This document shows, piece after piece, positions 47,623 through 59,574 of a stretch of 64,000 nt of DNA. The first letter of the stretch is position 1; every line of letters begins with the position of its first letter. The notes beneath the pieces are model-generated. The model was not told the DNA's origin. It did no database searches and saw only the letters and a list, made by a program, of their open reading frames with translations. The translations under genes were made by a program, and so were the position numbers. The stretch is from Narcine bancroftii (Eukaryota), in NCBI RefSeq assembly GCF_036971445.1, contig NC_091471.1:296608001-296672000 (forward strand), in the 5' to 3' direction.

Positions 47623-48064
47623 CAGATGGTCCCCGACATGCGTCTGAGTTCTGTTTTGACTGACCGGTTGGATCTCAAAATCAAAGTAAGTCGGACATAT
47701 GTTACTATGGCCGACACATTCTGAAACTGGAGCTGTGGCACTTCGTCCATGGCCCAGCCTGTCCAGCACTTGAAAGACCTGTTGACACCGACACCAGCAT
47801 CTGCCCTGTGCTCACCTCCCCCACATCGATCACCAGGTCCGCCACTGCTTTCGTGTCCCGAAAATAGAACACATCCAGCGGCAGCAGAGTTTCGGCGCCC
47901 CTCCCGGCCTGTGGCTGCCGCCATGTTTGTCCGTCAAAATAAACTGCCCCTGGATCCTGGGACCTGATATGTAATTTTTATATTTACATATATTTTTATT
48001 TTTAAAAAAATTATACAGTGTTTATGATCTTAAGTCACATAGGTCATAAGTATGGGACCACCTG
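47623..48064. mobile_element. Tigger-like MITE
   Basis: TIRs cagatggtccccgacatgcg / cataagtatgggaccacctg, followed by TA on the right. Confidence 0.6.
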
Positions 48065-49079
48065 TAAATTAAAATGAAATCATATTCTACAGAGTATTTA
48101 TTAAATTTGCAAAGCTCTGCAATATTAATTACCTACCTCTTCATGATTAATCTTAGTTTGGATATTATTTGGTAGGAATCTGAAGATTGTCAATCTTGGT
48201 ACATGTTCATTAGAATTAAATGGTCAGTCCACTTTGTCTTCTTTCAGTTGACCTTGTTTTGTTAGATGGTTGGTGGATGTGGTTCAAGAAGCAAATTGTC
48301 TGTTTGTTCTCCTTGTCCTTCAGGCTCTCATCAGATCACTTCTAAACCATTTCTCTTTATTTGAGTTCTGTCCTGACTAATTTGTATTTTTTTAAACTTG
48401 CATTTTGTTTGGTGGTTGAAGCCAGGGGGATGTCACTGGAGTCGGTGAGACTAATGATGTGTGGCAGGCTTCATGAAATCAATCTTTTGTCTGTGCGATA
48501 TTCATGAAGCCAAAAAGTCTCGTAAAATATGTGCTGACTCAAAATGTTGATCTGTCTTAGACTAGAGATACCAGTTGTACATTTGATACATTCCTTGAAT
48601 TATTTTGTTTTTTTTTAGGATTTGAGGGAATAATCTGACCAAGTGATTCAACAACACCCACTGAGGCTGTCAAGAATTTTGCCAACTGACATTTCTGGTT
48701 TTGAACATTTAAAGCTGGATGGCAATGAGATCAAACATCTTTTGAGTTAAAAACATTACGTTTGAGGGTGATTTGTGTTAATGTCAAACAAATAGTATCT
48801 ATGGGGGCATCTTCAGCCTGAACTACCCGGTTTATTCGGAACTTGGAGTTTTGCCTCAAAATATACCCTTTCAGCTTCTGAAATAAAATGTGAAATACAG
48901 CATTAAATTGGCAAATGTTGATATTTATAAATTCTTCCAATCTGTACACTCAAGAGCGATCTCACGATAGTAAGTACATTGGATTAATTGGGACTGTAAT
49001 AAAGCAATGTTTATTTGACACATTATACCTTGCGCAGTGGAAAGGAATCATCTACAAGCATTGTAACAGGTTAACTCAA

Positions 49080-49690
49080 CTCTGTTGTGGGGTTAATTCA
49101 GGAGCCTGATGGTTGCAGGGAAGACATTCTCTTTAAGCCTGTTGGCGTGTGCTTGTGCCTTCTCTTTGATCTGAGGTGGGGGAAAGAGAGGGTGTACGGA
49201 GTGTGATGGGTCTTCAGTGTGTGCCTGCCTTTTCTTGGCAGCGGGAGATATAGATGGTCCATGTAGGGGAGGGAGGTTTGTGATATTTTGAGCTGCATTC
49301 ACCACCTCTAGCTTCCAATCTTTAACAACCAACTCCAATACCATGCTGTGATGCATCCAGCAAGTCTGCTTTTGATGGTGAACCTGTAGAAATTATTAAG
49401 GCACAGGCAGACATGCCAGATTTCCTTAGTGTTCTAAGAAAGTAGAGGTGTTGGTGCTTTCTTGACCTTTGTGACAACATGCTTGGCCCAGGTCAGGTCA
49501 CTGGAGATGTTTATTCCTGATAACTTGAAAGCTGTCCACTCTTCACTTCAGTGCCATTGATGTGGAGAGGGGTGTGGACTTTGCTCCTGGAGTCATTGAT
49601 CAACTCCTTCATCTGATTGCCATTGAGAAAGAGGTTGTTACCTTGACACCGTGCTACTGACTTTCAATCGCCTTCCTGTTTACCTCATCA
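49080..49690 (-). mobile_element. Rex1/Babar-type LINE fragment
   Basis: DPSHSVHPLF...NRLKENVFPATIRLLN C-terminal motif. Confidence 0.7.
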
Positions 49691-50913
49691 TTATTTGATA
49701 CCTGACTGAGGTCTGTGTTGTTGCATTCCACTACATTCATTATAGTTCCTTTGGCACTAAATGGAAATTCTCCAAAGATTAATCTTTTGCAAAAAAAAAC
49801 CTGCTTGTTTTCACAACTTAATATTTTGCAGGATAGAGCAGAAACAAGTTGTTTGCCTTGTATCATAACCAGCATTGATTGCACATTAATGCACAATCTT
49901 CAGGAAGACACAGGTGGAAGCTCCTAACATGGGTCTTTAGAGTTTCTGCAACCTTGTAACAAATTCAAACATAACGGTACAGGTTATGAGTCATAAAACT
50001 TTTGGAATAATCTGCATTCCTTCAAAATGACCTTGGAAAAAAATGTCATACTTATTTAACAGTCTTTGCACAATGAATGTTAGGGCCCCAGAACAGAGAG
50101 ACAAAAATATATAACACAATCTCTTGAAGATTCAAGTTACAAGATTCCTTTATGGTCGTGTAATGGTATAGAATGTGTAATATAACAAAATTGCCATCTG
50201 TCTGCTGTAAGATAAAGATTCTGGTAACCCCTACAGTAAGAGCGAAAAAGAAGCAAGAGAGTCTTTTTGGAGTCACTGAGTGTTCACGGATTCATCTCCA
50301 GCACTCATGCAGCTACAAAGACTCATTTTCAATCCATCGGCAACCCAAGCTCCAGATCCAAACCTCTGATATGATCAGGAAGCCTTTAGCACCCGGGCCC
50401 TTCTTGCCCCCAGCACCCTCTTAAATCCTGGCTCTGATACCTGGTTCCCACAGTCTCCAGCATCCTGTGTGGGGTCCCCCAAACATGTCGCCCACCGTTT
50501 GTGTGGGTCCTCAGTTGGCTGAACTCTTCGCAGGTTCCTGGGATCATCTTCCTGTTAGGTTGTCTCCTCTGCTCCTCCTCAAACGGAGTGCCCTGCTCCC
50601 CTGGAGACTGCAACCCCTCATGGCTGCTACCGAGCACAGGCGCTGTTATCTTGGGCACAGATCCGTGGTTGTATGATTTTACTTACAAACTCTGTCTGCT
50701 TCTGTAACAGAGTTGTTTAAGGCCTGTACAGCATTAGGAACAGACAGTTGAACCCTTTAGAGCAGCGCCATGTCTCCACTCCCTGGTCTGCTCCAGCAGC
50801 AGTGCTGCCATTTTTAAGAGGTTGGTGAAGAATGTATGTGGGATATTTCCCTTCATTAGCTGGATATCGTATACAAGAGAAGAAAGGTTAAGGATCAACT
50901 TTATAAAATCTTG

Positions 50914-53555
50914 TTTTTTTAAAAAAAATTTTATTTTTCACACCATAAACCACATTGACCATGATACATACATTTTCCTTTTCAAATATATACAGTGTCA
51001 TTTTTTCTACCCCCTCCCTCCTCCCATCCCACCCTCCCTACCTCCCCCCCCATCCATTTAAAGTACAAAATCTAAGATACATTAAACCAGTCAAACAATG
51101 TTGTCATTCAATAAAAATAAACAAAAAATTCCACTGAGTCAGTTCTTTTCATTTCCTTCTCCTTTCGTTAATTAAGGTAGTGAATGTCCCCGGTAGGTTT
51201 TCTCTATTGTGTTTCATGTAAGGCTCCCATATTTGTTCAAATATTTCAATATTATTTCTTCAACTATATGTTATTTTTTCTAATGGAATACATTTATTCA
51301 TTTCTATATACCATTGTTGTATTTTCAAATTATCTTCCAATTTCCAGGTTGACAATACATTTTTTTGCTACGGCTAGAGCTATCTTAACAAATCTTTTTT
51401 GTGCACCATCCAAATCAATTCCAAATTCTTTGTTTTTTATGTTACTTAGGAGGAAGATATCTGGATTTTTTGGTATATTGTTTTCTGTAATTTTATTTAA
51501 TATTTGGTTTAGATCTTCCCAAAATTTTTCTACTTTCTCACATGTCCAGATTGCATGAATTGTTGTTCCCATTTCTTTTTTACATCGAAAACATCTGTCA
51601 GATACTGTTGGGTCCCATTTATTTAACTTTTGAGGTGTAATGTATAGCCTGTGTATCCAGTTATATTGTATCATACGTAACCTCGTATTTATTGTATTTC
51701 TCATCATTCCAGAACATAATTTCTCCCATGTTTCCTTTTTTATCTTTATATTTAAATCTTGTTCCCATTTTTGTTTAGTTTTACCATTTGTTTCCTCATT
51801 CTCCTTTTCTTGCAGTTTAATGTACATATTTGTTATAAATCTTTTGATTATCATTGTATCTGTAATCACATGTTCAAAGTTACTTAAACTCAGACTGCTT
51901 CCTAATTTGTCCTTCAAGTAGGATCTCAATTGGTAATATGCCAGCCCTGTATCTTGAGTTATATTGTATTTATCTTTCATTTGTTCAAAGGATAATAATC
52001 TATTTCCTGAAAAACAATTTTCTATTCTTTTGATCCCTTTTTTCTCCCATTCTCTAAAGGAAAGGTTATCTATTGTAAAAGGGAGTAACTGATTTTGCAT
52101 CAATATTAGTTTTGGTAATTGGTAATTTGTTTTATTCCTTTGTACATGAATCTTCTTCCAAATATTGAATAGATGATGTAATACTGGAGAACTCCTTCGT
52201 TGTACCAATTTTTCATCCCATTTATATAATGTGTGTTCAGGTATCTTTTCCCCTATTTTATCTAGTTCTAATCTAGTCCAATCTGGCTTTTCCCTTGTTT
52301 GGTAAAAATTTGATAGGTATCTTAATTGTGCGGCTCTATAATAATTTTTAAAGTTTGGCAGTTGTAAGCCTCCTTGTTTATACCATTCTGTTAATTTATC
52401 TAGTGCTATCCTCGGTTTCCCCCCTTTCCATAAAAATTTCCTTATTATTTTCTTTAACTCCTTGAAGAATTTCTCTGTCAAGTGTATTGGCAATGCCAGA
52501 AATAGGTATAATATCCTTGGGAAAATGTTCATTTTAATACAGTTTATCCTTCCTATTAGTATTAATGGTAAATCTTTCCAATGCTCTAAATCGTCCTGTA
52601 ATTTTTTCATTAGTGGATAATAATTGAGTTTATATAGATGGCCAAGATTTTTATTTATTTGTATACCTAGGTATCTTATTGCTTGCATTTGCCATCTGAA
52701 TGGTGATTCCTTCTTAAATTTTGAGAAATCCGCATTATTCATTGGCATTGCTTCACTTTTATTTGCGTTACTCTTGTAACCCGACACTTCTCCATATTCC
52801 TTCAATTTCTTATATAATTCTTTTATTGATAGTTCTGGTTCTGTTAAGTATACTATAACATCATCTGCAAATAAACTGATTTTATATTCCTTGTCTTTTA
52901 TTTTTATCCCTTTTATTTTATTTTCTGTTCTTATCAATTCTGCTAGTGGTTCTATAGCTAACGCGAACAATAAGGGTGATAGTGGGAATCCCTGCCTTGC
53001 TAATCTGCTTAAATTAAATTGCTTTGATATATATCCATTTACTGTCACTTTCGCCAATGGCCCCTTATATAATGCTTTAATCCAATTAATATACTTCTCT
53101 GGTAAACTGAATTTTTGCAATACTTTGAATAAATAATTCCATTCTACTCTGTCAAAGGCCTTCTCTGCGTCTAAAACAACTGCTACTGTTGGCGCTTTAC
53201 TCCCTTCTACTGCATGAATTAAGTTAATAAATTTACAAATATTGTCAGTTGTGCGTCTTTTTTTAATAAATCCAGTTTGGTCTAGATTTACAATTTTAGG
53301 TACATACTCTGCTAATCTGTTTTCTAATAGCTTAGCTATTATCTTATAATCTGTGTTAAGTAATGATATTGGTCTATATGACGCTGGTGCGAGTGGATCT
53401 TTCCCTTGCTTTAGTATTACTGTAATTATTGCTGTTTTACATGAATCTGGTAAGCTTTGTGTTTTATCATTCTGGTTGATTACTTCCATGAGGGGAGGAA
53501 TTAATAAATCTTTAAATGTTTTATAGAATTCTATTGGAAATCCATCCTCTCCTGG
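50914..53555 (-). mobile_element. 5'-truncated young L1 (ORF2 RT to C-terminus) inserted into a CR1 copy
   Basis: 719-aa ORF 51330..53489 with YRPISLLNTDYK, LDAEKAFDRV, RQGFPLSPLLF, LFADD and CFRC..GTTIHAIWTC. Late frameshift near 51350. Poly(A) at 50914+. TSD ATAAAATCTTG (50903-50913) / ATAAAATATTG (53556-53566). Confidence 0.93.
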
Positions 53556-53960
53556 ATAAAATATTGGTTAAAGCACAGTTGGAATATTACACCTGGTTCT
53601 AGACACCACACAATAGGAATGACTCAATTGTATTGGAGCGGGTGCAGAGAAAGTTCACCATGATGCTGTCAGGGTAGAGGATTCTCATGAGTAATGAGAG
53701 TTTAGACAGGCTGACATTTTCTCTGAAGCACAGGAGGCTGAGGGGTGACATGGTGGAAGTGTATGATTATGAGAGGCAATGATAGGCAGATGGAACGAGG
53801 ACATAGACTTAAGGTGAGAAGCTGAATATTTAAAGGGCATCAGAGAGGTCAGTTTCCCACAGGGCGGTTGATGTGTACCTTCCTGCAGAGGAGATGGAAG
53901 AATCAGTACACCGCAATGCTTGAGGCATTTGGATATACACTTTAATTGGTGAATGTTTCC
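53556..53960 (+). mobile_element. CR1-like LINE (continues from 50820-50913)
   Basis: ttggttaaagcacagttggaatatt...ttggagcgggtgcagagaaagttcacc CR1 blocks. Confidence 0.65.
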
Positions 53961-54425
53961 ATTTATCAGATGGGTTGGCTTTTTTCTGAACAGAGGAGGC
54001 TGATGGGATGAGACTCAGTGGAGCTGTAATTAGGGTATTGAATACCAGAGGGCATATGTCTATGGTGAGCGCTCAGAGGTTTAGAGAGGACCCGAGGTAG
54101 AATTCCTTCACCCAGAAAGAAGCTGACATCTGAAACAAACTGCCTGAGGTTGGCCGGGACAGGTAGCCCCATAAATATAATAACCATCCAGGCGAACACT
54201 TCAGTCTTCAAGGCACAGAAGGCTATGACTGTGCCAGCAACCAGTGTGGACAGATACTTGGGCCTGGATGGGGTGATCCACACAGCTTATTCATTTCAGC
54301 ATCTTGCTATGATAAGTACAATTATCCGAAGCCCCTCCCCCCATCTTATTTCCTCCATGTTTATTTTCCTGTGTACCAAGGTTCAATGAAAAGATTTGTG
54401 TGCAGTCAACCAAACCAAAGCATAC

Positions 54426-55400
54426 TGTGACAGAGTATATAACTGTGTTTTTGGGTGATAAATTGGGAAAGGTTTGTAGAGAAAGTTGCATACAAACACT
54501 TTAAAACAGATCTTACTTAAAATACTGGAGCTCTGCTAATGCTAGACATATCAGCTCTATGGCTTTTGCAAGAGCTTTGGAGAGTGCCCAAGAAACTTCA
54601 CTAATGGATTGTTGTTTACAAAAGACAACAGATGAAAGATCTTGTCAGAGCTGCCTTCTGTCTGAAGTAGAGCTTGCTGTTCTAAGAGGGACATGTGGCT
54701 TTGCAAGTAGTCAAACAGTTTTTCTCTCTAAGAGACCGAGAACGAGATTGTTCTACAGTGTTACAGCCAACAGGCAGCTGAGACTGGAACAGGACAAGCT
54801 GGCAAGCTTGCGGAAAGCTCAATTTGGAAGACGGCCTGGTCAAAGCCCTTGTGGTTCATGCAAGAGGAGAGGACTGGCTGTCTAATGTTTCACTTGGAAT
54901 AAGAGAAACAAAAATGCACTGTGGTGACCTGAAAGAAAGAGGTTATCATCTGGAGAACCCTAAAGGGGTAAGTTTCGTCAGCAAGACACTGAAGTGGCTG
55001 ATGGAAATACATCAGTTGTAGATGTCCTGGAACAAGAAATCTCTCACTGAAAACTGACAAGAACCTTCCTAAATGGTAACCATTTACCTTTCAAGCATCA
55101 AAGCCTGGTGAACTTTATAAATGTTAAATTCTGTGTACAGTATAAGAATTGCCTGCAACCAGTGAACTTGGAGGAATGAGAAGTGAGATTGGACTGTGAA
55201 CCAAAGAACTTTTCTGAACTTCCACACACATTACATACATGTGTTTAGAATTAGAAGGGGGTTAAGTAAGTCAATAGTGATAAGTTAAAGTTTGATTCTA
55301 TTTTCATGTTTAAAGATAATTAAAAGCAATTTTTGTTTAACCATTTGTCTTTTACTAGTAATATCTATTACTGGGTTTTGGGGTCACCTTGGCTCATAAC
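54426..55400 (+). mobile_element. Solo-LTR-like repeat, copy 2
   Basis: Same termini (TGTGACAGAGTA ... CTCATAAC) and long near-identical blocks shared with 494-1372. Confidence 0.6.
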
Positions 55401-55639
55401 TTAAATGCTTAAATGACCATCGATCAGTGGCATTAACATACACAGGAATAAAGTGTTTTGAGAGGAGGCAGCCCAATAGAGTATGTTCTTGAATCACGTA
55501 GTTTTGGTCAACATCATTTTCTTATAACGCTGATGAGAAAAGAAATTAAATACGACAGTATTTTAGTGTAATGAAAAATTGATTTTGTTTAACGTAACGT
55601 TTCACGTAAAGTAGCACTTTCTAAGAACATATGAACAAC

Positions 55640-56460
55640 GTTAAGTGAGGATCTGCTGTACATCACAGGTAAAACCTTCCTCACCATTGAGAACATCTAC
55701 AGGGAATGTTGTCCGCTGTCAGACATCAAGGATCCACACCACCCAGCACATGATCTGTTCTCTTTGTTACCATCAGGAAAGAGGTATAGATGCCACAAGG
55801 TTCGCACCACCAGGTTCAGTAACCACCATCATTATATTCCCAAACATTAAGGACTCTTACTCAGACAATAAATCAGAATATTGAGATAGGAGGGTTACAG
55901 TGAGAACTAAACAAGAATGTCTGCAGACACTGTAATTGTAGTTGTAATAGAAAATGCTGAAGAAACTGATGTAGCAAAGGTAAAAGTACATAACCAACAT
56001 TTCGGGCCCGAATCCTTCATCAAGGTATGAGCTTAAAGCAAGCAGACATTTTGAGTTTGAGTAGAGTAAATGTAGTACTTGGGTGAGTTCATTCAGTCAT
56101 TTGATTATAGCGGGAAAGACACTGTCCTTGAATCTAGTGCTGCAAGATTTCATGCTCGAATCTTCATTCTGGTGGAAGTGTGGCTGCTTTGGGATGAACC
56201 CTGTGGTATGTCGGCAGTTTCTTTTCTGAGGCCTCAGTATGTGTTGATGTTGTCGATGGGCCGTCTGAGCTGCGGTCACAATTCTCTGCAGTTTCTCGCT
56301 GTCTTGAGCAGAGCAGTTCTATCATACAGTTATGCACCCCGACTGGATGCTCTTGATGGAAGTTGTTGAGGGACACCTGGAACATACCAAATTTCCTCAG
56401 GCTCATGAGGAAGTAGAGGTGCATCTTCTTGGCCATCTTGTCGACAAGGGTGGTACAGCC
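55640..56460. mobile_element. Cluster of Rex/Babar fragments and one hammerhead-bearing short element (~55915-56030, minus)
   Basis: DPHHPAHDLF-type motif (+); LRKFGM and STRFKDSVFPAIIK (-); CTTGATGA-A-GGATTCGGGCCC-GAAATGTT on the minus strand. Confidence 0.6.
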
Positions 56461-58850
56461 CAGGCTGGAGATTTTATCCTGGCACTAACCAACCAGATTC
56501 TCAACCTCCATCCTGAATACCGACTCAGCTTTTCCAGTTACTCAGCCATCAACACGGTGTTGTCATGTTCACAACATTACAGCCATTGTTATAGGATAGA
56601 ATTTCAAGAAATGTAGCATAAAAGTATACCATTCTTTAAACAGTACAGTAATTGGAAATAAATTTTGGCAATTGAAGAAAATGCAGATCCTTCCTAACCG
56701 ACTGAGTACTTGCAGTTACTTTATTTCTATTCTTTAAAAGATGAACCTGGATTTCTAGCACGGCAGCACATTTCATTCAAAATTAATTTATGGCCTCAAA
56801 ATAGGTCTTGTATCCATGATCTTTCGAGTTGTGAATGAGCTCATTTTCTTCTTCAACTTTTTAAAAAAAGCCTTTATAACGAATAGTAAATTCAATGCAA
56901 GCAGCCCATTTTTTTTCTGTGGAGGGGATTTTGTAAATAATCATCTTGGATTTCCCCTGCACATCTAATGAGAAGTCAGAATTCTAATCCCTGCACTTTA
57001 ACCTCAGCTAGTTTTAAATACAACAGCCACCAATTAGGAGCAGGTTGCTTTACCAATTTGCAATTGAAAAGAGCAGATGACCAGATAAATTCAGCAGCAG
57101 TATCGTAGATCCAAAGGGAAGGATCGGATGTTCTACTGGTTCTCGCGTCTGGGAAGAATTAGGTTGATCGAGAAGGTGATTCATTTACAGTTGCTAAAAT
57201 TAAAGTAAGTCCAATCCATAGATCAAAGAGATGATATGAAAATTTATTGTTGTTACAAATGTACAATGTACACATGAACCAAAATTTTTATTTGCTGCAG
57301 ATTGATTACAATCTCAAAATTACAATGCAAGGCTGTAGCGCATCTGGGATAAAAATGGCATGGTCATTATTATCAAGGTTCAAAAGGATTGCAAATGAAA
57401 ATATTCATGTACCCCATGTCATTCATTCTGGTGCCTTGCCTTTTGGCATAGGCGATCATGTCTCTCCATCCGTCACGATCTCTGACCCTCCAAATTGTAG
57501 TTGGCTCCATCTTTGAGCTGAGGCCATAGTCGATGTTGAGTTCATGATTATACAAGGGGAAAGATACTGAAGTGGTTTCCTGTTGCCTTCTTCAGTTGCA
57601 GTGTCCGTACTGGATGGGTAACCCAGGCCATTGATCAGCAGATTCATCTGCCCAGTGTGTTTTTAGTTTTATGACCATAAATTCCAGTTTGTAGAATCTA
57701 ATTGAAAAAAACCATCCACCATCTGCAATCCATGACTTCATGTGACCCTGATTGGGAGGCTAAATGGGAACTACACCTTGCCCAAAGGCGACCTGTTTGG
57801 ACGGAAGGAGTGCCTTCCACCTCCCTTGGCTGAGCAATTGCACAGTGCTGACACTGCACCCCAAGTCAAAATTTGAATTTTGTTTCTGCATCAATATTTT
57901 AGTTTTAAAATGGGATATTAAAAAGTAGAACTGATGTCAAAGACAGACTGAAATATTGGATTTGATTTTAACTTTCACAAAACTTCAGTTCGTTGTAATC
58001 TTTGACATTGAATGATGTATGTTACTGTCTGACTCAATAATTATGAGAAATTCAGTTTTGGAACAACCTTGTAAAATAATTTCATTGTTTCTTTGAAGAG
58101 TTTTCATGTTTTTCAGAGCAGGGGCAACAGAAATTTAGAGCGAAGGAAATTAGTTACAAATACTTGAGAAGACTTGTTACTAGATAGAGCACATTGCTTC
58201 CAAGATGCTTTGATTTAAGCATAATATGCTTCGTGAATTTAATTCTCTTTAGCAAAATAACCTGTTTATTTTTAAATATTGTTAAATATTTTGTGTGGTT
58301 CATCTCAAGAATCATCAAATACACAACTTTAGATAGTGAATTGTAAGAGTTACTGATTAGGTTTACACTGCAATCACAGCGTCTGCAGACTTTCTTGTTT
58401 AACATTGATTAGGTTTGGTCTGTTCGCTAAACTTATTGAGAGAGCTGGTTGACAAACCCTCTAAAATATGGCGCTGAAATACGTTTTCCATTTAGAATGC
58501 CATCATTTTTCCTTTTGAGGAATTAGCATTTATAAGGTAATTAAGCTTTGATGAAGAAGTTATCTGTCAGTAAAGGAAAAAAAAGTATTGTCTTCCTTGA
58601 GTTTTCTGATCTGCAGTATTTAGCAGACTATTGTAAATAAACATGGAGAAACATTGGATAGGATATATCATTATGTGTTCCTTGAGATCAATTAAATTCT
58701 TTTTTAGAATGCATATTTTTTTAAAATCCTCAGAAGCTGTTGAATAAAAAGTTTGACGGTGATTTGTAAGAGTCACTGTAATTGTAATAGTGAGGTCTTT
58801 CTGATAAGCACCATGAGGTTGCAAATGTAACATATTGTTCAGCTGTAGAA

Positions 58851-59390
58851 TAGTGATTCCCAAAGTGGGCGCTGCTGCCCCCCTGTGGGTGGTGGAAAGA
58901 TCCAAGGGGGCAGCGAGGAAAAAAGGGCCGGCCCAAACCGTCCCTCTTGTTATTAATCAGTTTACTGCCAACTTTAAGAAACCAGCGCAGTAATTTTCTG
59001 GCCAGACTCGGGGTGGCAGGAGTGAGCCAAGGAGTTCTTGTGAGAGCTGGTCTCAGTAGCCGCCATGATGTATTGGCACCCTGCTTAGCGCCCCCACTAA
59101 CTCCCCACCCTGCTCAGTGACGCCACGACACCCATCAGCACTGCTCTAATATGCCCCCCCCAGCATTGTTGTATGGCGGGGTGGGGGGACTCAGGATGTG
59201 GCCTGGAGGCCAAGGTGAGTGGCAGCCCGAAAATGTCTGGGAACTATTGCTATAGAAGATCTAATGAACTTCCTCAGACAATAGTAAATCCAAATCTGAA
59301 AAAAAATTGCATCTTTTGTGCAAAACAATATTTGTTCCCATCTCTGGGATATTCCCATGACTAAATGTACTGAAAAGCTTAGTGGCTGTA
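58851..59390. mobile_element. hAT/Charlie-like MITE
   Basis: Left end tagtgattcccaaagtgggcgc...ccccc typical of Charlie-type elements; right end unclear. Confidence 0.4.
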
Positions 59391-59574
59391 AATGAAGTCA
59401 GAGCATACACACTCTGTAGCAGAGTATTAATTTCAGTCCCTATAATCAGAAAACATGTATTTATTACAGCAGAATAATATTAAATATAAATTGTTCCAAA
59501 TTTTTCTCTCAAACCAGAAGTGAATTTAATAGTTCTTGCTGATACAAATGGGATCTGCATCATGGGAAAAAACA

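Noticed and set aside
494-55400. One giant LTR retrotransposon bounded by the two LTR-like copies
   Set aside because: No gag/pol, PBS or shared TSD; the interval holds ordinary host genes, and copy 1 lies inside a MAU2 intron.
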